From Octopus bimaculoides (taxonomy: Eukaryota), in NCBI RefSeq assembly GCF_001194135.2, contig NC_068982.1, forward strand, positions 26,331,096 to 26,374,420: a stretch of 43,325 nucleotides of DNA. The letters run 5' to 3'. Numbering within the stretch: position 1 is the first letter of the stretch; each line of letters begins with the position of its first letter. Under the pieces are notes generated by a model, which was not told where the DNA came from, searched no databases, and saw nothing but the letters and a program-made list of their open reading frames with translations. This document shows, piece after piece, positions 37,323-43,325 of the stretch. Both the position numbers and the translations under genes were made by a program.

Positions 37323-38623
37323 TATTATATCTATGTGCGTATGTATATGCAGGTACGCATGTATAAGTGTGTGTACATACGTACGCACGGACATATATAT
37401 ATATATATAATAATTATTTTTATCCAAATACACTTTTTAATGCAACAGAAATACATATTTTTGTTTATAATATCCTGTTAGATATATGTAGCTGAATTAA
37501 TTTTAAGAAATTAATACTGTAGCAGATGAGAGGTCTTGCTTACACAAATATAAAGTCATTGAAAATCTGATGCTGCCCTTATAAAGAAAATATTTTGTTT
37601 CCGTTGGTTTGTTAGACTTCAAGTGTATCTCCATATAAGCTAAGACCAGCTGATACCAAATAATTTGCAAGATACTTCTGACATGTGTACAATTAGTGAC
37701 GACCAGTGCTGTAAACAGAAAGCCATCGGATATAAAAGGGAAATAAAAGTCATTCTAAGCATTCTCATCACAATCTTAACACCTGCGATATAATTGCTTT
37801 TGATATGATATAAACATTAGAAATTATGCTTAAATAGGTGAAAATACTTGGGATATATTCTTTATGTTCAAGTGTTTATGAATTCCTTTTATCTTACATC
37901 GGATGATAATAATATTTTCTTGGTAATTTTTTTTATATTGATGATACGATTTTATGTTGTTTGATTTCATTTTGTTTATAATTTCTGCTATTGCTATTCT
38001 TATCACACAATAGTTTTCACATACTGATAGTTCTTTTCTTTTCTTTTCATAATATTGTATAGAATGTAGTTTCATTGTTAGCTATCATTGAGGAGAAAGT
38101 ATATTTATAAAACAGTAAATTAATATTTGAGCACCTGTATGTGGGTACTTCTAACATGGGAAAACGTTGTATAGCCAGTAAATACATTGGTCAATACAAA
38201 TCTAAAATATTTCAAAGTAGTAGAAGTAGCAACTGTAGTAGTACTACTTGTTCCTGTCTAACCCAGAACAAACATATCAGCTGAATTTTTATCAAACGTA
38301 TAGTAACTGTGTGCAGCCCATATTTTTGGCATTATGTAGGGTTACATTTTATAATGTACTCAATACTTATAAGGTCGGAATAATTTGAGGGCAATTTGGC
38401 CGCTATTTCTACATAGAGGATTGGATTGCTCATTGGCTCATAAGGTTATCAACGTCTTGAACGTTGGAATGAAATGTAGAAAGGACTAAAACTTGGGTTA
38501 CGTATTGCAAAACGATAATGTTATTCTGTACTTAAATATAAGTTTCTTTCACACTATCCATTCAGTAATTTTGGTCCACGAAAAAACACTAAAATGTGAG
38601 GGTTAAGCCCTCATTAGAGGGTC

Positions 38624-38626
<3 letters not shown>

Positions 38627-38654
<28 letters not shown>

Positions 38655-38656
38655 CA

Positions 38657-38688
<32 letters not shown>

Positions 38689-38690
38689 CA
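38627..38690. repeat. (TACA)n microsatellite
   Basis: Seen directly. Confidence 0.95.
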
Positions 38691-38694
38691 TCTT

Positions 38695-39866
38695 AGCATT
38701 GCTGGTAAACTGGAAGAGTAGCTGCATGACGTCCGTAAAGACAGAGGTCAGGCAGTTTCATCCGATGGTGCCATTTCGGAGGAAACTAAAATTCTAAGTG
38801 GTATCCCCCAGGGAACTGTCCTGAGGCCATTACCTTATATAACAGTCTCCTTATACCTGCCCGTGCTCACTCGGACAGTCACTGTTACTGGCTATGCCGA
38901 TGGTGCAAAATTAGCAGAAGCAATAAAATATCGAGATGATGTCAAAAGCGTATGACGGGACCGCGTTGCAATATACAATTGGGCTGAAGTAAACATTTAG
39001 TGGAAAATTTCAAGCACTGCGCTAACAACTCATGAAGGTACCACAGCCTACATATACAGGACCCGAAGGTACTACAATCCCAGACTCACAGACAGCGAAA
39101 TATTTGGGGATCAGTATGTGCAATGATTCATCATTTTATATGCACATTACCAAGATGGCAGCAAAGCGCAGACCACTGGCAGGATGGACACTAAGGTGCT
39201 TCATGACAAGAGACCAAGAAGTTATGTTGACCCCATGTGGAGGACCTTTGTTCTCAGCTGCCTGGACTAGTGCTCTCAACTACGGTCATCACATAGTGCC
39301 AAACTAACAGCGTAGTTTGAAGTAGCCTAACGCATCAGTGCAGCGGAAGAGCTACAGGCAGAGGCTGAAAAAACTGCAACTTTATTCCCTGGAGCGAAGG
39401 TGCGACATATATCTAATAATCTACATACGGAAAACTCTAGAAGGGCTAGTACCCATTTACCGCATTGAATCTTATATAAGTACCACAACTGGACGTCATT
39501 GTATTGTACCAAAGGTACCATCAACTCCATCTAAATTCAGGAAAATGCTGAAATAGCCTGGGGTTCATAGGCCCGCAGGTATTCAATGCCCTTCCACAAA
39601 AATTAAGAAATCTTCATAATGTGGACGTAGATATCTTCAAGATGAAACTATACCTCCTCTCCACAATACCGGATGAACTAACGGCCCGGCATGAGGTCCA
39701 GACCAGGGCAATGAAATCAAACACCCTCATACACCAAATGTGCCAACAACTGGGACAAATGCACATACAGGAGTGATGATGTGAAACCCCCAGCCTGAGG
39801 AGATCAGCAAAACCACGGTGGTGCTCCAGCATGACTGCAACTGAATGGCTAAAACGAATAAAAGAA
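38695..39866 (+). mobile_element. 5'-truncated CR1/L2-group LINE with its 3' tail
   Basis: SGIPQGTVLRP, GYADGAK, AKYLGI, RLKKLQLYSLERR and FNALPQKLRN; tail ggtggtgctccagcatg...aaaagaata. Confidence 0.9.
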
Positions 39867-39879
39867 TATATGTATATAT

Positions 39880-40385
39880 AAGGATAAACGCAAAGCTACT
39901 ATGTTGGCTAACCACGTATTGAGTTTGAAATCTAATGCGACACCACATGTGATTAATTATAAAATGATTGAAAAATCCACACCTTATGTTAATGGATCAA
40001 ATAAATGTAAGCTATGTTTAGCTCAAAGAGCTCAGATCCTTTTCAGACCTAAAATCGCTAACTCACTACTGAACTCTAGGTTTGAAATTTTCGGCGGTTG
40101 CAATCATATGTCTAAGTACATCTTGCAGTATTTGAAAATTCCGCCTATATCTGATTAATTTGTTGATATCTATCCGGCCTTATAATTTAAAGCCTAATTT
40201 ACCGTTTTAACTTTTTACTTTTTGGTTTTCTATTTTTTAACCTTCCACATTTTTTATATGATCTCTTCTCAACTTCTTGCGTTTCTTCTCTCATTCAAGT
40301 TTTAGTTTGTTATAATATGTGCTTTATGTCTGATGATTTTGTTTGGTATTTCTTAACGTATGAAACTATTAGTAGCACATAAAAA
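39880..40385 (+). mobile_element. Neptune-type PLE 3' end (endonuclease C-terminus plus 3' UTR)
   Basis: LANHVLSLK...IEKSTPYVNGSNKCKLCLAQRAQIL...LLNSRFEIFGGCNH, followed by a T-rich UTR and an HHR-like motif. Confidence 0.82.
40317..40380 (+). ncRNA. Degenerate type I hammerhead in the PLE 3' UTR
   Basis: augugc...CUGAUGA-(stem II decayed)-u GAAAC U auu A GUA gcacau. Both core boxes, helix III (ACU/AGU), a GUA triplet and AUGUGC/GCACAU pairing are present. Confidence 0.5.
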
Positions 40386-40606
40386 CATGCATTGTGTGTA
40401 TCATATAATATTTATTTCACTAAATAGAGTGAGGACAGTATATCATACTCACACGCACACACACACAGGAACTTGGAAAATTTTTGGTATCATTTATAAC
40501 ATCTACATAGGGATTTTGAATAGTGAAATACGCAGATGTGCTGGAAAAGGGCACAGCTTGGATTTTAATCTTATCTACATAATATATATATATATATATA
40601 TATATA

Positions 40607-41300
40607 NNNNNNNNNNNNNNNNNNNNNNNNNNNNNNNNNNNNNNNNNNNNNNNNNNNNNNNNNNNNNNNNNNNNNNNNNNNNNNNNNNNNNNNNNNNNNN
40701 NNNNNNNNNNNNNNNNNNNNNNNNNNNNNNNNNNNNNNNNNNNNNNNNNNNNNNNNNNNNNNNNNNNNNNNNNNNNNNNNNNNNNNNNNNNNNNNNNNNN
40801 NNNNNNNNNNNNNNNNNNNNNNNNNNNNNNNNNNNNNNNNNNNNNNNNNNNNNNNNNNNNNNNNNNNNNNNNNNNNNNNNNNNNNNNNNNNNNNNNNNNN
40901 NNNNNNNNNNNNNNNNNNNNNNNNNNNNNNNNNNNNNNNNNNNNNNNNNNNNNNNNNNNNNNNNNNNNNNNNNNNNNNNNNNNNNNNNNNNNNNNNNNNN
41001 NNNNNNNNNNNNNNNNNNNNNNNNNNNNNNNNNNNNNNNNNNNNNNNNNNNNNNNNNNNNNNNNNNNNNNNNNNNNNNNNNNNNNNNNNNNNNNNNNNNN
41101 NNNNNNNNNNNNNNNNNNNNNNNNNNNNNNNNNNNNNNNNNNNNNNNNNNNNNNNNNNNNNNNNNNNNNNNNNNNNNNNNNNNNNNNNNNNNNNNNNNNN
41201 NNNNNNNNNNNNNNNNNNNNNNNNNNNNNNNNNNNNNNNNNNNNNNNNNNNNNNNNNNNNNNNNNNNNNNNNNNNNNNNNNNNNNNNNNNNNNNNNNNNN
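40607..41300. other. Assembly gap
   Basis: 694 N following (TA)n. Confidence 0.99.
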
Positions 41301-41751
41301 GTGAAGCAGTTTTCCAAAACGCAAAATAAAAATTGCAGCATAAAAGTAACATATAATAAACAAATTATGTAACAGGCTGATGAGAATTGTTTTGCGTGCG
41401 GCTATTTGAATTAAAAGAAAGCAGAATCTAAATCAAAAGAATCACTTGAATAGTTGTTAACTATGAGGGCATTACTGTGGCTAAATCCATAAGAGATATT
41501 TTAGATGATTTAGAACTGAATCAGTGGAAGTGACACAACAGCAGTTGATATTTCAAACAAAAGGAAAATGGAGAAGACGGCTCACAATAACAATAAAATA
41601 CACCTATGTAAACAAGTTTCTATGATGACACACACATTTATAAACATATATGCATATATCAATGTCAGTGTCAATGCATTATCATACATACATGCATTAA
41701 GCTATGCGTGTATGCACATTGCACACAAATATATGTGTGCGTGTGTGTATG

Positions 41752-41800
<49 letters not shown>

Positions 41801-41838
41801 ATGTATGTTTGTACCTGTGCGTGTTTGTATAGATATTC

Positions 41839-42400
41839 CTTTATTCTTTTATACGTTCCAGCCCTAAGGCTGTACCCATGCTGGGACACCGCCAGTGTAA
41901 TCACCTTTTCAATGGCCAATTTTATGTGATTGGCTTTGGTTGAAGGAGGGAATTCGATACTGTTGCACTCTTTTGAGTATCCTGCCTTGATATTGGTTCA
42001 CCCTGGACTTTGGATAGCAAGAGGTCAACCTGTTTCTTAATAAACATCTACCCCACTCCATGAATAACCTTCAAATGTTTTGGCAAGGCATTAAATTGCT
42101 TTGACCCATTGAATCCCAAGCTATTGCGGTACATGGTGCTCACTCTAGATAGGACAGATGGGACCCTTGGAACAGAGCAGTGATGTCCAGTTCGGGTCTG
42201 ATATAGCTTTCATTTCCGAAATTTAGTGCCAGCCCCTCCTGTATCTTCATGCATATATTACTGCATACCTCTCGCGCCTTCATTCTAGAGTGTAGAGTCG
42301 TAGCTATTTCAGTCGTAGCTTTTTCTATCGTAACTCTTTTAGCTCAGCTGTTCCATTGATGCTATCTTCCGTGTGTAACATTGCTGAACTGCCTCAAGTT
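41839..42400 (-). mobile_element. CR1/L2-group LINE 3' fragment with tail
   Basis: LEAVQQCYTRKIASMEQLS, RRERYAVIY and VDLLLSKVQGEP; tail ggcggtgtcccagcatggg...ataaaagaataaag. Confidence 0.82.
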
Positions 42401-42416
42401 ATAGGTATATATATTA

Positions 42417-43296
42417 GAGTGGAACGAACAATGCAAATTTCGAAATTGATAACCAAGAATTGATATATTGTTGCGAATCAGAATTCAAAGAATGGCGTAT
42501 AAAAGAACTTTGCGGTTAGATGTTTGTTTTAGGATGCGCAACGTAATTGAATATCTTAAAAATCGCTATTTTTCGTCGAATTTTGGATTTCAGGGATTAT
42601 AAGTTGTAACGAATACATATGTCTACATAACAGAATACAAAACAGTAAATATAGTATCCTTAAAAGGTTGCGAACCAAGCTTTAATACAAGTGACTGATA
42701 GCTTGAGGTTTCGCATTGACTTTAAATAGAACTGTAGAGTGAACGTCTCTCCAGTGCCACTGCAACGGCCGTGGCGTGTGGACGTACGTCGTAGGTGTGT
42801 GGTTTTTTTGCTTTGTACCTTGACTTTAGGCCATTGTATTAAAATTAATGATCACATTAAATTTAGTATTGTTTACCTTTAGTGATGTCTCATAAGGCAA
42901 TAACGCGTCATGATATTGAATGCCCAATGTTTCGTACTCCATGGGATCTTAACGAGAGAGTTTTGCCAACTTACAAGGATGCACTAAAATGTGTTTTATT
43001 TGAACGAGAAAAAGAAAAGAATGTTGTTAAGAAAGATCCTTCAATGAAACAAATTGTCAACATTGTGGCAGAAAAGATAATTCCCCTTTGGCAAAAGACA
43101 TCCATCCCTTGTGTTACGAATACGACAGTTAAACCGAAAATCTTGATTGAGTTTTCGCTCTTTATTAAAAATTTCCAGTGGGTTGCGGAGAATTTCATAT
43201 TTTAACACAGTTGCTCTTAATGGGTTTTCCAATAAAAAATTCATCCTTAAAAGCATATTTCGAAAATCTGTGTAAAAGTATCTTTTCGCTCCACCC
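42417..43296 (+). mobile_element. 880-bp internally deleted TIR DNA transposon, superfamily unassigned
   Basis: Ends ta|gagtggaacgaaca and ttttcgctccaccc|ta are imperfect inverted repeats. Both ends also carry a subterminal tttcgaaat in inverted orientation. Confidence 0.75.
42882..43205 (+). pseudogene. N-terminal remnant of a putative transposase
   Basis: CPMF..P..L...VLPTY.D..KC and VAEKIIPLWQKTSIP resemble N-termini of invertebrate transposon proteins (from recall). Similarity appears to stop at about 43143. Confidence 0.55.
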
Positions 43297-43325
43297 TAAC
43301 ATATATACACATATATATATATATA

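Overview
AT-rich animal non-coding DNA with no host exon that I can support. It is very probably octopus, inferred from the SINE families and the extreme load of TA, CA, AAT and TACA microsatellites. There are four N gaps, all bounded by microsatellites. The window is a mosaic of decayed mobile elements: Penelope-like elements (PLEs) of at least three types, R4/Dong-like RLE LINEs, RTE and CR1-like LINEs, two tRNA-derived SINE families, several mariner/Tc1 remnants and one unclassified TIR element. The most interesting signal is a set of hammerhead-ribozyme (HHR) repeats. (1) A ~240-330 bp module has a tRNA-like Pol III head, an (AAT)n tract and a minimal type I HHR. It occurs as the 3' end of an RT/GIY-YIG PLE (4115-4353) and as a solo head-to-head dimer flanked by a 14-bp direct repeat (6444-7032); one copy keeps an intact core (6940-6985). 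(2) A second, unrelated repeat has two decayed HHRs in tandem 345 nt apart plus an inverted copy (35397-36348), which resembles a retrozyme. (3) A decayed HHR follows a Neptune-type PLE 3' end (40317-40380). All alignments, translations and family names were made by eye without database searches, so boundaries of decayed elements are approximate.
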